64,000 nucleotides of DNA from assembly GCA_030265395.1 (NCBI GenBank), contig JARFYF010000050.1, positions 19,244,044-19,308,043 on the forward strand. The letters are read 5' to 3'. Both the position numbers and the translations under genes were made by a program. This stretch comes from Rhina ancylostomus. Its lineage: Eukaryota. The notes under the pieces were generated by a model, which made no database searches, was not told where the DNA came from, and was given only the letters and a program-made list of their open reading frames with translations. Below, piece after piece: positions 26,149 to 40,040 of this stretch (position 1 is the first letter of the stretch; every line of letters starts with the position of its first letter).

Positions 26149-27529
26149 CTGCAAAATAATAAGAACAGTATGAATTATCTTTTGCATGTTTGATTATAAA
26201 ATACCACCCATAAACCTGGTTTGATCATAGGGCAATGCTCTACTAATGAGCAAAACCCATCAGCTACAGGGTCTGCTCTACATTCACACCAAACCGATAA
26301 GAAGTAACATTCCTTTGTCAAGTGAAACATGTTCAAATTGAACCTTCCTTAATATATACTGTCCCCAGAAGGCATGTAAGAGTTCAAAATGATCAAGTAA
26401 CTGAGATTTATATATATAGTTTTCAACCTGTTGCTGACGTGATAACCAATGCCAAAAGAGGTCTCATGTTGGCAGCTCTTGACTGGAGATTGACATTCTC
26501 CAGGCTGTGTAGGAGCCTCTGCTCTTGTTGTTGCAGTGCAAAATGGGAAGATTTCTGAGGTTTTCACACAGATGTCACAGCTTAAATCTTGAGAGCCTGA
26601 AGGTACCTTTTAATCATGGGTTTGCCTCTCCCACAACTCCTCCCCCCCCATCCCACTACCACCCACAAAAAAAAACTATAAATCATAGACAGGTTCCACT
26701 AATTCATGGTTATACTGCTGTACAATGGAGCAGTTTGCACTAGAATGGTGCTTTGACAGTGAAATAGAAATAAAAAGCTCTCCCAGCTCAAACTGCGGGA
26801 ATGTTGATATCTAAACTGTCGTGATTTTCTGACGAGATGAGTATGCTATGATAAATTCTATTTCTTCTATATACTTCCTATTTGCATTCTGATACTTAAG
26901 GCTAATGTAGAGAAGCGGAGGTGGTGTAGGTGCAAGGTCATTGTGTATGACGGAAATTTTATACAAGGCACTCACCTCCTGCAAACAGCAAATTGTTAAC
27001 TGAAAGCTCAACTCCCAGNNNNNNNNNNNNNNNNNNNNNNNNNNNNNNNNNNNNNNNNNNNNNNNNNNNNNNNNNNNNNNNNNNNNNNNNNNNNNNNNNN
27101 NNNNNNNNNNNNNNNNNNACTCCCAGAACATTGTGCAATAAATATATTATTTGGGGGATTCAGCAACTATTGATTTTCTTTACAGATTTTGTTAAGCTTT
27201 AGATTATATATGAAATATGAATAATAAATACAGATGATCTTAAGAAATTTGTTAAGGTTTCTGTGCAGTTTTTTTATTCCCTGGTAAGATATTTGTTTCA
27301 AAAAATGTTAGCATTAATTTCCTTTCGTGCTACATTCAAATAAGCAAATCCAATGTGAATTTACTCTTATTTGGATTGATAAATATTTTAAAGAATTGCA
27401 TAATTTAATTTTTCAAGGAAAAGCAGAGACGGATCATAATGTGTGTTATCAGCGATCTAATTACAGACACCAACTATATGTTGTTAATCTCTCAGTCAAT
27501 AGAATCAATGTGCCATTTATTATGTGAAG

Positions 27530-27712
27530 TAAAAATTGAAAATGTGAGGAATACTTGGCAGGTCAGGCAATTTCAGGACAGAAGGAAGAGAAAAAACATT
27601 TCTGGTAAATAACCCTTCCTCAGAGCTTTTAATGAGAGACAATTGAAACATTGACTCTGCTTCTCTCCATAGATGCTCTTGACCTGTTGAATATTCCCTG
27701 TATTTCCATTTT
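27530..27712. mobile_element. Decayed foldback element of the same family
   Basis: Arms gaatacttggcaggtcagg / ttgacctgttgaatattcc. Confidence 0.5.
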
Positions 27713-29024
27713 CATTCAATTNNNNNNNNNNNNNNNNNNNNNNNNNNNNNNNNNNNNNNNNNNNNNTTTAATTTTTCATATCCTCTTTTTCTCATAAAGA
27801 CCTTCAATTTCCAACCTTTTAACATCAAAGTTTCAATTCTGAATGGCATAACTCCAATTTTATTTTGATCTCTTGTTCTGAATTCATCCACCAGTGTAAA
27901 TAGTTTTCCTGTATCCAGCCTATTGAACCCACTTGTTATTGTACACATGTCGCTCAGATCATAGCTAAACAAGCGAATTACAAATCAAATACATGCCAGC
28001 CATTGCCATAATTTAACACTTCTGGAATTCTATTCAGTCAGTTCTGTCAAGTGTCCCCTTCACGGCCAATAATTCTTTCCAGAGACTTGATAGCCAACAC
28101 TATTTGAGAACAAGGCTTTATACAGATTCAGTTCTAAACTCTTGGAATTCAGATCAACATTCCTTTACTCTTATTGATTATTTTCATATTTGTGCACTTG
28201 GTCCTGCAGAGTTGCCTTCCTGAACACCTAATTTTTTTGTCCCACTACATCTCCTAATCTCTCATCACAGAAAAAATATCCTAACTCGTTTTTCATGATT
28301 CACATCTCCTAACATTGTCAGTACAGAAGATTAAAAGGAAATCTAAGATTATTAAAGAAATTTAAAAACAATTAGAATTTTTTTGTTCTGGTGGGGTAAT
28401 CAAAAATAAGAGGAATAACCTAAAAAAAAGGCTATTCATGGGGAGAAAGCACTTCTTCAAATAAACACTTGTGGAAATTGGGTATGTTTCCCCATGCCCC
28501 TGTCCCTATTTCAACGCCCTTCCTCAATGAAGTTATTGAGATTAGTTTTATTAAAAAGTTCAGAACTGAGAGTACGAGAATTGTGTTAGATAAGATCATT
28601 GAGGTTTCTGGATCCATGATTTAATGCACATTTCTACAAAGGGACATTGCCTTTTTGATCAGCATACCCTTGTCTCAGCGTCCAGTCACTTCTTCCCTGA
28701 TAACAGGGTCCAGTAACCTCCTGCTCTCCTGCTTCACTGACTGGTCTGCAGTTATCTTGCTGCTCCTTCCTCCCTTCTTAACTAACAGTCATGCTGGCAA
28801 CTTTCCCATCAAGCAGGTTAAATTCTGAAATGAGGGCACTTAAAAATAACTATTTGTTCTAGTACTCTGGGGTGGATAAAGTCAGTTCCTGAAATCTTGT
28901 GTATCTGAATCCCATTATTCTCTTCATTACCATTTTATTTAGATGAATATTGTTAGGGTTCACTCCTTGGCTTATTTTTAAGTTCCCCTGTGGTTAATAT
29001 TTTGCTTCCACACTGTGATGGTCC

Positions 29025-29125
29025 ACAGTCCTGATGCAGGGTTTCGACCCAAAATATTGACAATTTCCTTCTCCCCACAGATGCTGCTTGACCCACTGAG
29101 TTACTCCAGCAGATTGTTTGTTGAT
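29025..29125 (+). mobile_element. Penelope-type half element with a hammerhead-like core
   Basis: tcctgatgcagggtttcgacccaaaatattgac...gatgctgcttgacccactgagttactccagca. Confidence 0.6.
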
Positions 29126-31484
29126 CCACAGTACTTATTCAATAAGTTTGATGTTTCTCCGTTGTCCATTTCATTCTGAACTGCTGCTGTATTTTATGTA
29201 TTCACCTTTCTCCTCAGCTACTCTGCTTTTCTCAATAAATTTTTAAAGCCTTTTGTTGTTAGCTTTATGTATTCCTCTTTTACACTTCAGGTTATTTGTC
29301 TGGCATCTTTTTGTTGGTTTTAATGCACCCCCACCCTCCACCATTCCCAGTTTGCTGGATTTCCATTTCACTTTGCATTTGTGTAATCTTCTATTTAATC
29401 TGTCGGGCCTCCCTAATTACTCAATGTGTGTAACATCATCTAGTCCTCCAGAGCATGACCCCCTTAGATATTATTCAGACCTGTGCTTGTGGCTTGGCTG
29501 CAAAATGCAAACTGGTATCTGATAATACTTTAAGAAGTATCAGGCTGTATGGAAGCTAAAATGAAGTTCGAAATGATAACTAGCTTCATAGCTTTTACTC
29601 ATCCTTCTAGTATCAAATAAAGAGAATAAAAATGCTAATGTGTGTGACTCCTCAATCACAACCCCACACCCACCCTCTCTCATTTGACAGACTGCAGAAT
29701 GCTAAAGGATCCTGGTGAAAAGGTTGATCTTTTACGTTTACACCAATACTTAGAACAATTATTTAAATGGAAGGAGGGTGAGAAAAAGAGCCAGAGCTTG
29801 CTNNNNNNNNNNNNNNNNNNNNNNNNNNNNNNNNNNNNNNNNNNNNNNNNNNNNNNNNNNNNNNNNNNNNNNNNNNNNNNNNNNNNNNNNNNNNNNNNNN
29901 NNCTGCTTTGGTCCTCTCATTTGGAAGTGCCATTCATGAATGCCCATCACCACGTATGTACTTCCCTGGTCTGAAAGCCGAGGGCCAACCTTGCCAGTTC
30001 TCCACATCCAGTATTCCAGGCAATGTCATGAGTTCATGCTGTTTTGACAGTTGGCTAAACCCTATTCCTCAGCACTGCCTGCTCTAAAAGGTGCAACTGT
30101 TCCTCAACATTTCAAGTATCGCTGGTATTCAGCAAGATTTAGAAACCATTAAAACTGAAATAAATTATTTTTAAAAATTAATAGTTCTAAATAATATTTA
30201 AACAATCTTTAAACACCCCTGAAATATCAAATAATGAAAACTATTAAACTAAATAAAACGTATACTTTCCCTTGTCCTCTTGATTCTTAGCTCTTCCAAT
30301 CACTATTGAAATCAGTGGGGCTTTGGATCCTGCACAAGATCTGACTCATAATGTACCTGCATCATGATGGGGAAACTCAGCAAAATTGGGCTCCAGTTCT
30401 GGACTATGCACAGTCCAGAGGAGTCCAGTACCAGACTGAACTGTCAGATTCAGCCTTACATACACATCTCTCATTAAGTCTGTGATCTCCGTGTTTGACG
30501 GCACATGCGAGGAAATTGTGGACTCACTGTCACTTAAGTGGCTAAATGCTCGGAACCATTGGCATTAGCAAGCAAGATCTGGACAATTAATTAAGCACAT
30601 TTGTAGTGAAAAGTAAGAACTTCAAACATAAATTGAGGACAAATAATTTTCCTATTAAAACTTTAATTAAAATGCCTTCCAATTATGCATCTCTGCTGTG
30701 TAAAACAAATAATCTTTCAAAAGCAAATTTGTCCTCTATTTCACATTAACTAGCTTGTAGCAGCTCACTTCCACCTTGTTACTGCATCATTTGCAGCATT
30801 TTTCTGCCAGTTATTTTTTATTGGCAGAGATATTTATTGTCTATGCTTTTCTTTAAATTAGGAAGAATCATTTCTAAAGGTTGCCCTTTCTAAAGGGCAC
30901 AGTGATACAAAAGTGAACTATCATAGCTTCAATTTATAGGGATTTTAACTTCTGGCCCAAACCCTGGGTTAATGATCGGAGCGCAGAGGTAATCCTTAAA
31001 CCTGTACTTTGTAAACAATTTCACTACAATTAGCATTTTGAGAAAACCTTTCCCCAATGATGTGCCAGAATTCTCATTATGTTTTACAGCTTCAAAGTAA
31101 AACAATTCACATTGGTAAGAGTAGAACAATGCAAAAGGAAATGTCCTTTTGTAGAATCATCTACGGAATGCTTATAGAGTTTGCTTGTAATTTATGCATA
31201 TTATTCTTGGTGCCAGAGCATAACACCATCCACATGTCAAAGTACACATGCAGATGTACAGCATGTCTTACCATGGCCATATCTGAATGGCACACCAAAC
31301 AGCTGTGATGGAACTTAAAACTGGATCAGTTGCAGCATATTTAGAACAGGCTCATAACATCTTGCACTGCAGATCTATTATTTCATATAAATTTAAAGAA
31401 TTTAAACTCCAAGAATATAGTTTGCACTGGACAGTTGACAAAATACATTTGATAAGTCCAGAATGATTTTGCACTGATACTCAC

Positions 31485-31617
31485 GCTCCGTACGTGGGGA
31501 TAGGTGGAGGTGGGGGTGCAGCGCGGAAGGTGTTGTAAACAGCGCGACCTCGCCCCCGTAAATGAGCTCCTCTGTAAGCTACAGCTGCTCCAGCTGCTGG
31601 GTATGGAAAACCAGTCA
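31485..31617 (-). CDS. RBFOX3: RBFOX3 coding exon, 133 nt ((V)[43 protein letters not shown])
   Basis: Acceptor cctctttgtctctag, donor GC|gtgagt; [11 protein letters not shown] family signature, with VTGFPYP and [10 protein letters not shown] being RBFOX3-like. Confidence 0.97.
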
Positions 31618-32309
31618 CTAGAGACAAAGAGGAAAATCAGGTTTACCAGTGGGCCATACATTCATTACAGCTCAATTAGAAGCTAAATTGATTAACTGCT
31701 TCATGCGAGTACTTGTTTGATTGAGCCCATTATGTAGCATATTGCACACAAAGAAAAACATCCCAAACGAAACCTTTCTTCAAACTTACACCTTTCTAGC
31801 ACTGCTCATGTACAGAGAAATCTCTATGAGTTTTAGAGGTAAAATAACAGAGGACATTTGGGGGGTGGGGGGGTAAGGAAAAGAGGGGGAGGTGGGGGGA
31901 AGAACTGAAAGCACAACTGAAGGGAAAGAATTTTGAGTGATTTAAAAAAAGGGAGGTTATGAGTTAGTTATTGTAGAAGAGCATTCCAGAAGGTGATAAG
32001 TATGAAGGGCTGAGGTGAATGATGGGAGACGATGGATGCAGGGGTGAGAGGTGTGGAGCTGTGAGATATGGGGAGGTGAGGGGTGAGGGTATTGTTGGGG
32101 GAGGAGAGGGGTGAGGGTATNNNNNNNNNNNNNNNNNNNNNNNNNNNNNNNNNNNNNNNNNNNNNNNNNNNNNNNNNNNNNNNNNNNNNNNNNNNNNNNN
32201 NNNNNNNNNNNNNNNNNNNNNNNNNNNNNNNNNNNNNNNNNNNNNNNNNNNNNNNNNNNNNNNNNNNNNNNNNNNNNNNNNNNNNNNNNNNNNNNNNNNN
32301 NNNNNNNNC

Positions 32310-33000
32310 TGTTACTATAAGAGAATTTCAATACAGGAGTAAGAGGTCTCATTGCAATTGTATAGGGCCTTGGCAAGAAGGCACCTGGAGTACTGTGTAC
32401 AGATTTGGTCTCCTTACCTAAGAAAGGATGACATGCCATGGAGGGAGTGCAGCAAAGATTCACTTGACTCGATGGCAGGTTTGCTGTATGAACTGGGACT
32501 GTATTCTCTAGAGTTTAGAAGAATGAGAGGAGATTGAAACTGACAAAATTCTTCAATGGTTTGACAGGCTGGATGTAGGGCAGGTGTTTCCTCTGGCTGA
32601 GGAGTCTATGTAGGGGTCACAGTTTCAGAATAAGGGGTGGGCTAATTAGAGCTATGATAAAGAAATATGTCTTCACTCAGAGGGTGAAGAAGTTTTAGAA
32701 TTTTCTACCCCAGGGGGATGTGGATGCTTGGACATTCTGTTCATTCAAAAACAATGACCAGTAGGTTTCCAAGTGTTATGGGAATCAAGGGGTATGGGGA
32801 TATTGTATGAAAATGGCACTGCGATAGAAGATCAGCCACAATAGATGAATTTGTAGAGCNNNNNNNNNNNNNNNNNNNNNNNNNNNNNNNNNNNNNNNNN
32901 NNNNNNNNNNNNNNNNNNNNNNNNNNNNNNNNNNNNNNNNNNNNNNNNNNNNNNNNNNNAGATCCAAATAAGGTCCTCCTGTTCCTAATTCCTATATTTG
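32310..33000 (+). mobile_element. CR1-clade LINE 3' fragment
   Basis: ORF 32352..32537 LYRALARRHLEYCVQIWSPYLRKD...LGLYSLEFRRMRGD is the CR1 ORF2 C-terminal signature. Confidence 0.88.
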
Positions 33001-33045
33001 TATACTCCTACAAGGTACAAAGGGATTTGTAAAGTATACAAAGGG

Positions 33046-33362
33046 ATCAGAATTAGAATCAGAATCAGGTTTATTATCACTGACATACGTCGGGAAATTT
33101 GTTGTTGTGCGGCAGCAGTACAGTGCAAGACATGAAATTACTATAAGTTACCAAAAAATAAATAAAATAGTGCAAAAGATGAACAAGGAGGTAGAGTTCA
33201 TGGGTTCAAAGACTGTTCAGAAATCTGATGGTGGAGGGGAAGAATCTGTCCCTGAAACATTGAGTGTGGGTCTTCAGGCTTCTATACCTACTCCCTGATA
33301 GTAGTAATGAGAAGAGATAATGTCCTGGGCGGTGAAAGTCCTCAATGACGGATGCTGCCTTG
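33046..33362 (-). mobile_element. Rex/Babar-like LINE 3' fragment
   Basis: Tail atcagaattagaatcagaatcaggtttattatcactgac followed by decayed body sequence. Confidence 0.6.
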
Positions 33363-36300
33363 GGGAGGTTTGTGCCGTGATGGAGTGTGAGGGGTATAAT
33401 GAGGGTGTGGAATGGTGCAGGGGATGAAGGGTGTGGGAAGTTGTCTGCATGCCGGTTGGGGGAATAGGTGATGGGTTAAGGAGGCTGAGAGAGCAATTAA
33501 TAATGGTGGAAGGTTGGGGGGGAGCTGGTGACTGACAATGGTGCAGGGTGGAGGAGATTGCTGAGGTGACTGAGGGTGAGGATAAAATTCTTCCTATTAC
33601 TTGTCTGTAACGTGGGGTGAATAAAATGGAATTAGTGTAAGATTCACGTAAAAGCACGCTTGATGGATGGCATGGTCATTGGGCTGAAGGGCCTGCCTCC
33701 ATGCTGTATGACTCTTTGAGTACGAAAAAATAATTGTACTGCTCAGGACAGGGCTGACAGAAATCTTGGTCTTAATTGGGGTAAGAGGATCAGATGCATT
33801 ATTCAAGATGTTTATCTAGTAGCAAACAAGGTGTACATTGAAGAAATTTATCTTGAGATAATAAGGGGAGAAATCAGGACAGGGTTGATGGACTTGTGAG
33901 GGAAGTGGGAGAAAGTTCTTGCAGTAATATGTGAAATGCTGGGGAAGACTCTAAACAACACAAGGCCTCCATTCCACACATCTCAGCACAAAGTGACAGT
34001 TAGGAAGTCCATCGAGTTAAGGGCGGTGGTTATGCAGCTGCAATTCAAGTTGTAAAAGCTATGTACATCAATTAAAGCTGCATGACAAGGGAGAAAAGTA
34101 ATAAAAATCTCTCATGCTCAGAATATAAGCTGAGAACCTGTTTAAAATGCTCTGTGCTGTAAGTCTCTGCAAAGACTCAATGATGAGAAATGTGATTAAT
34201 CTCCTCTGAAGCTGACTCCCTTTGGTCACCCTCTACCACCTCCAACCACACCAAACCTGTTCATATAATAACTGCCAATAAACTCTTGATGAATACTACC
34301 TTACTACAAAATTATCTACTCCATTGTTGAACTGACCCTGATGCAGAACTCCAGTGAAAGCTCATCAGGAAGACTTTTAACAGGTAACAGGAGATGCAAT
34401 AAAAGAATTAATTTTGCTCTCCTGTTTCACACAGAAGGCAGGGAAGTAACAGTGGAAGAACGAGAAAGAGGCAGTTTTAGTGTATCGCCTGGTTTATTGG
34501 CAGTTTTAACATTGATCTTCTTGACTATTAGATATTATGGGCAAGCGGGCATTTAACACACCATTGAAAAGATGTGGAAAACCATTTTCTAGGGACGTGG
34601 TTGGACCTTTTTTGGGAATGGTTTTAAGGTTAATAGAAATAATTCTCTGGGCGATCTACATGAATATGAAATTTGGATACATTTCAAGTCATGGAATAAC
34701 AGTCTGAGCCTGATACCAAACTGAATAATTACAAATGTTAATGAGACAATGTTAACTAGAGCTCTTTTCAAACCTTCTGGCCCCTAATATTAAAAAGAAC
34801 TAATCAGTAAGAAACAAATAGTAAGAAACTCGTATAGAACTGGTGCCAGGATTTTGAGGGCTATACAGTATTGTTGGTCATCAAGGAAAGGTTCTAGCAT
34901 TGGGCTGCAGACACAATTAGCAATGAACACCAATAGTAATTGACTAGGATATTGAAGAAAACAACACTCCACACTGCTTAATGAAACATTCAAGTCAGCG
35001 CCGGTCTCCGAGAACACACCAGTTCACCTTTACGGACCAGAACATGAGTATCAGACTTATGACAGGAGTGGGCTATAGTTATTGGCAAGTTATAATTCAC
35101 TCAAGGAATAAAATACAAATGTTTCTATGGTGTGAACTGCATTCTTAAACACATTTAGTAATTCTGAACTCAGTGGTGATTAATGAATAGAAGATGAGGC
35201 TGAAATATTTCCTTATATGTAGAAGACCTCAGCACACTGGANNNNNNNNNTGCAACATCCTGCTGCTTGTTCTGTAATTTAAAACAGAACTTGCTCTATC
35301 ATTATTGCAGTCACTTTTGCTGCATGATGGTTCATTATTGTATTTCAATGCAAGTAAAAATTGGAAGATGAATAATAGATAAACTTGGATGGGGCAATGT
35401 GTTACATGTGGTTATTTCCACTCTTTCAAATTCAACCCAGAGTTTATTAGTAAAAATTGTTGTATTCTTTGCCTGTCGCTGTCCTAAGTGGCATCAGTTT
35501 GATGGTTTCAATCCAACCCTTACCGGTTAAGGGGCAAAGGGTATTATTTGATAATCTCACTCAGCGATCACAGTTTGGCTGCAGGGAAGCTAAGGGAAAT
35601 TACTGTACACAGAGGAGCTTTATTCTGTATCTAACCATGTTGCTTTTGACCCAGGAGTATTTTCTGTGGACACTTGCAGCTGAGCTCATTTAAAGGTACT
35701 TCTGGAGTGAGAAATGATATTGAGAGGAAAATCATCTAATTTCTGTTGATAGGTTCTGGACACATGATGTTGGCTTTGTGTTCCAGCAGTGAGCTGATCT
35801 TGTCTCTTCTGTGCTGGTTTCCTGCACTGGAGCTCTTACATAAGAACACTCAGTGGATTCCTTACAATGAGAGTGGCTTATTGATCCAACAGCAATGGTA
35901 CTGATGTGAAACCTTGTTGCAAAATATATTTTAGGTCATTTTAGTACAACCTGTATCAATATTTTCCGTCACTATTGTAATAGAATCATAGAGTCATATA
36001 GCATAGAAACAGGTCCTTTGGCCCACTATGTCCCTGCAGACCTTTTTGCCTATCCAGACTCATCTCATTAGGGCCATATTGTTATGTGCGTTAAAATGCC
36101 TTATATAGGAAATTCCAAACACTGAACTTGGAGAGAAAAATATTTTGCAGCCATAGCTGTGAGAACTCTACTAAATACTAATTCTAGCAAAGTCATAAAC
36201 CTATTCTTTTGGAACATTATTACAATTGTATTAAATAGCAACTGGACAAAATTATTGTCCACTCTAGTGAAATTAATCATTATCTTTTTGAAGCAAACTA

Positions 36301-36453
36301 TGTTGTTGAGCCCTATTCAAGCAAAAACAACGCAGTAAAAGATACTACTGGTGTGAGGCAGGTTCTCCTGGAGTGCAACTGGCAAGATTTATTATGGACA
36401 GAGAACCAATCCCCTACAGAAACTTATAGTTTGGTAGAAACTGCAGGCAAGAC

Positions 36454-38200
36454 ATCTTTGAAAATCCACCATTATGTGAGTGAAATCCCACATTTTCGAG
36501 TGGATCTCACATGAGGAAGGTCTTGGGAGGGAGCTCACTTAGAGTTGTTTTTCCCCAGAATCTCACTAGACTCTAGAACCTTATTAAAATCAGGACTAAA
36601 TTCTGAATTTATGCTTTTGCTTCATTGTCAAAGCACATTGACGACATTAAATGGTGTCCCAGAGCATTCCACGTGCCTTCTTCACCACCTCATTCTCCTA
36701 GGTTGCCACTTTCAGGGACTTTCTATCCCAAGATCCCTCTGTTCATCAACACTCCCTAGGGCCCTGCCATTTACTGTTTGCCCTCCCAAAATGCACCACC
36801 ATGCATTTTTCAGGATTAAATTCTATTTGCTTTTGCTCTGCCAACTTTCCAGCTGATTTATATCACGCTATAGACCTGAATAACCTTCCTTGCTATCTAC
36901 AGCACCAGCAATTTTTGTATTATCTACAGACTTTCTAATCATACCCTGTATATTCACATCCAAGTTGTTAATATACATAACAAACATAACGGTTCCCAGC
37001 ACCGATCCTTGTGATACACCACAGGTCACAGATTTCCAATCGGAAAAGCAACCCTCTACCACCACTCTCTGCCTCCGATTACCAAGCCAATTTTAGATCC
37101 AAGTTGTCAGCATGCCATCTCATCCCATGGACTCCAGCCTCCTGAACCAGTCTATTATGTGGGACCTTATCAAAGGCATTACTAGAGTCCATGTAGACAA
37201 CATCTACCAAATCCCCTCATTAAATTGCTTAGCTACCTCCTCAAAAGATTCAGTTAAATTTGTAAGATAGTATTTCCCATGTACAAAGCCATGCTAACAA
37301 TCTCTAATCCATTTCTGCCCTTGCAAGTAAGATAAATCCTGTCCTTTAGTTTCCCTCCCAATGTGTAAACTGCACAGACAACAGCCAAGGTCAGGATCGA
37401 TCCGACGTGTCTGGAGATGTAAAGCTGTTTTGCACTAACTTTACTGCAAAAATGATGCTCTTTTACTTAAAGCAGATTTAAAAATGATTTAATATCTTAG
37501 ATTTACAAAAGAGTTAATGAATAAATTCTGGCCTTCACTTCACCATCCATTTAAAGAGATTGTAGATGAATTGATGAATGTCAGGGGAATGGACAAGTTC
37601 AAGTGCAACAGCACCTGTGGAATGATCTGACGGTTGGTTAGGTTTAGGGAGGGGTAGGATGGCTACCTTGTCACTAGTCCAAAACCAGGTGTGAAGGGCA
37701 TTTATCAGCATTAGGGATGTCTCTCCTTGTTGGAGTGAAGATAATTACAGAATTAAGCTTTNNNNNNNNNNNNNNNNNNNNNNNNNNNNNNNNNNNNNNN
37801 NNNNNNNNNNNNNNNNNNNNNNNNNNNNNNNNNNNNNNNNNNNNNNNNNNNNNNNNNNNNNNNTGTCTGCAAGGCAAACAGTAAGTTGCAGGGCCCTTGG
37901 GAGTGTTGATGAACAGAGGGATCTTGGGGTACAAGTCCCTGAAAGTAGCAGCGTGGGAGAATGAGGTGGTGAAGAAGGCACGTGGAATGCTCTGGGACAC
38001 CGTATAATCGTCAATGCGCTTTGACAATGAAGCAAAAGCATAAATTCAGAATTTAGTCCTAATTTTAATAAGGTTCTACAGCCTAGTGAGATTCTGGGAA
38101 AAAACAAATGTAGGAGTGAGCTCCTTCCTAAGACCTTTCTCATGTGAGATCCACTAGAAAATGTGAGATTTCACTCACATAATGGTGGACTTCCAAAGAT
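36454..38200. repeat. Inverted duplication with arms of about 330 bp at 36454-36782 and 37873-38200
   Basis: The arms are reverse complements with scattered substitutions, also visible as near-identical ORFs 36545..36856 (+) and 37745..38143 (-). Confidence 0.92.
36655..37345 (-). mobile_element. CR1 LINE reverse-transcriptase fragment
   Basis: ORF 36868..37065 WKSVTCGVSQGSVLGTVMFVMYINNL...IRKSVDNTKIAG is a decayed SGVPQGSVLGP...YINDL...KFADDTK motif. Confidence 0.9.
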
Positions 38201-38214
38201 TGTGTGCTTGATGC

Positions 38215-38575
38215 TTCATGAAATTAACAAACCTTCACAGAAGAGGGATGCTGAACTAACAGTGGGTGTCAGAGGTCCATAGGGTGTTAGGTAGCATGGA
38301 TGGCAGCTCAGATAGTTGCACAGTAGCAGGACAGCAGATGCGTAGGAATGCCATCACCTGCAATTCCCCTCCAAGACATAACCTTTCCCAATTTGGAAAT
38401 ATATCAGCACTGGGAATCAATCCCAGAACTCTCTCCCCAACACTACTTCACCAGGAGGGTGCACTTATTACCCATCCCCAACCACGCTCAAGAAGGTGGT
38501 TTATCATCAGTCCCTCAAGGGCAATCATGGATGGGCAATAAATATTGGCCTGGCCAGGGTTACCCACATTCTACT
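38215..38575 (+). mobile_element. LINE 3' fragment, same family as 14575-16620
   Basis: Ends ctcaagggcaatcatggatgggcaataaatattggcctggccag. Confidence 0.6.
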
Positions 38576-39074
38576 AAACAAAATCAATGCATCTATAGCA
38601 GCATAGATAGCTCTTCCTTCAGAGACAATAGAATTTATGAAGAGCAATGATTTATACCCTAAACACAGAAGTATCACAACTCCGCACCAGAAAGCTTGAG
38701 GCCTTCAATCTGTGGCATTCTACAACACACTACTTTCAGAATGGAAAACACTGAGTAGATGAATCTGAAACAAATAGATTACCCTTTGCATCTATATTTG
38801 CTGATCCCACTGAGAAGACTGTTAATAACAGAGAAATGACTTTGCCCAGACTCTATGGCATTAGTTTGTTTAGCTGTCACCTCTGTGAAAAATGTATCAC
38901 ACAACTTAACTGAAAATATTGAGCACATGATTGTGCACTGTGCTTTAAATGATATCGACCCATGAATGCAGGGTTCTGAATGTGACTCCACTGTGTGTTC
39001 ACCAGAAATGTATGAAAGTAAACAGTTGTTTACTGTTGCCTTGCTCCTGATTTTTTTTAAATATATTTCCTTAT

Positions 39075-39340
39075 AACGTAGGATGAAGCCATTTGGCCCA
39101 TCAAGTCTATGCCAGCTCTCAGAGCAACCATGTCAATTACATTCCTCCATTTATTTCCCTGTCACCTATTTTCTCACAAATGCCCATTAACACCTCTCTG
39201 ATTCTCCCACCACTCACAGAAGGAGCAATTTGCATGGCAAATTAACCTCAAAACCAACACATCTTTGGGATCTGGGTTGAAACCACAGTAACTGAGGAAA
39301 ACTCACATGGTCACATGGACAGCATGCAAACTCCACACTC
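39075..39340 (-). mobile_element. V-SINE/HE1-like SINE
   Basis: V-domain-like gcatgcaaactccacac plus CR1-type tail gccatttggcccatcaagtctatgccagctc. Confidence 0.6.
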
Positions 39341-39359
39341 ACTTAATCGAGTAATAGGT

Positions 39360-40040
39360 TCGCTTCTAAACCAAAAGGTGTGGGAGCAAAATGATACCAG
39401 GGGCTTGAGCACAAAATCTAGGCTGGCATTTTGGTGCCAGGTTGTGAACTGCTGCCTTTTAGATGATAAGAAATGGTGCTTTTTTTCTGATTGTTAAGTT
39501 GGGTGCAAAGTTAACATGCTACTAATTGACAGAGGAGCTGGGGAGTTATTTGCAGTGTCCCGATCAATATTTATTGCACAATCAACTGCACTAAATAAAA
39601 AACAATAAAATTCTTATCATCTGGCATGCTTGGGTCTGTAAGGGTGTCGGACTGGCTGATTTTCCAGAATATTCCTACCAATACACCAACACACTTTCAA
39701 TTCCCTCTTTTTTGATGCTGCACAGCATTACAATAAACTTTCCGGTGACCCCAGTAAGTCTCAGGGGTGTTCAGGAACTGGGGCCCAAGTGAGTTTCAAG
39801 GGACTGCGAGAATCTGGGCCCTGGTGAGTTTCAAGGGAGTGCAGTAAACATCAGCTGGTGAGCCAGATACTGAAATGTCATAGAGTCAGATAGCAGGTGA
39901 TCAGAGTTTTACAGAATGTGGTGATTATCATGTTCCTGATTTTGGAAACTTGCTGTGCACAAGTCAGCTGGCACACTTCCAAAATGACAACAGTGACACT
40001 TGTTAAAAAGTACTTCATTGGCTGTAGAGTCTGTTGGTAT
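39360..40040 (+). mobile_element. DeuSINE-like element, interrupted at about 39600-39895
   Basis: gagcacaaaatctaggctg...gctgccttttagatga...gggagttatttgcagtgtcc...caatatttatt, then tail cttgctgtgcacaa...acaacagtgac...aaaagtacttcattggctgta. Confidence 0.5.

Noticed and set aside
25933-26188. TGCATG hexamers flanking B40
   Set aside because: Both are on the plus strand and read CAUGCA in the pre-mRNA, so they are not RBFOX sites.
26149-26300. In-frame upstream extension of B40, as in the longer mouse Rbfox3 isoform
   Set aside because: An in-frame TAA lies nine codons upstream of the acceptor (aga TAA ttc ata ctg ttc tta tta ttt tgc ag|A).
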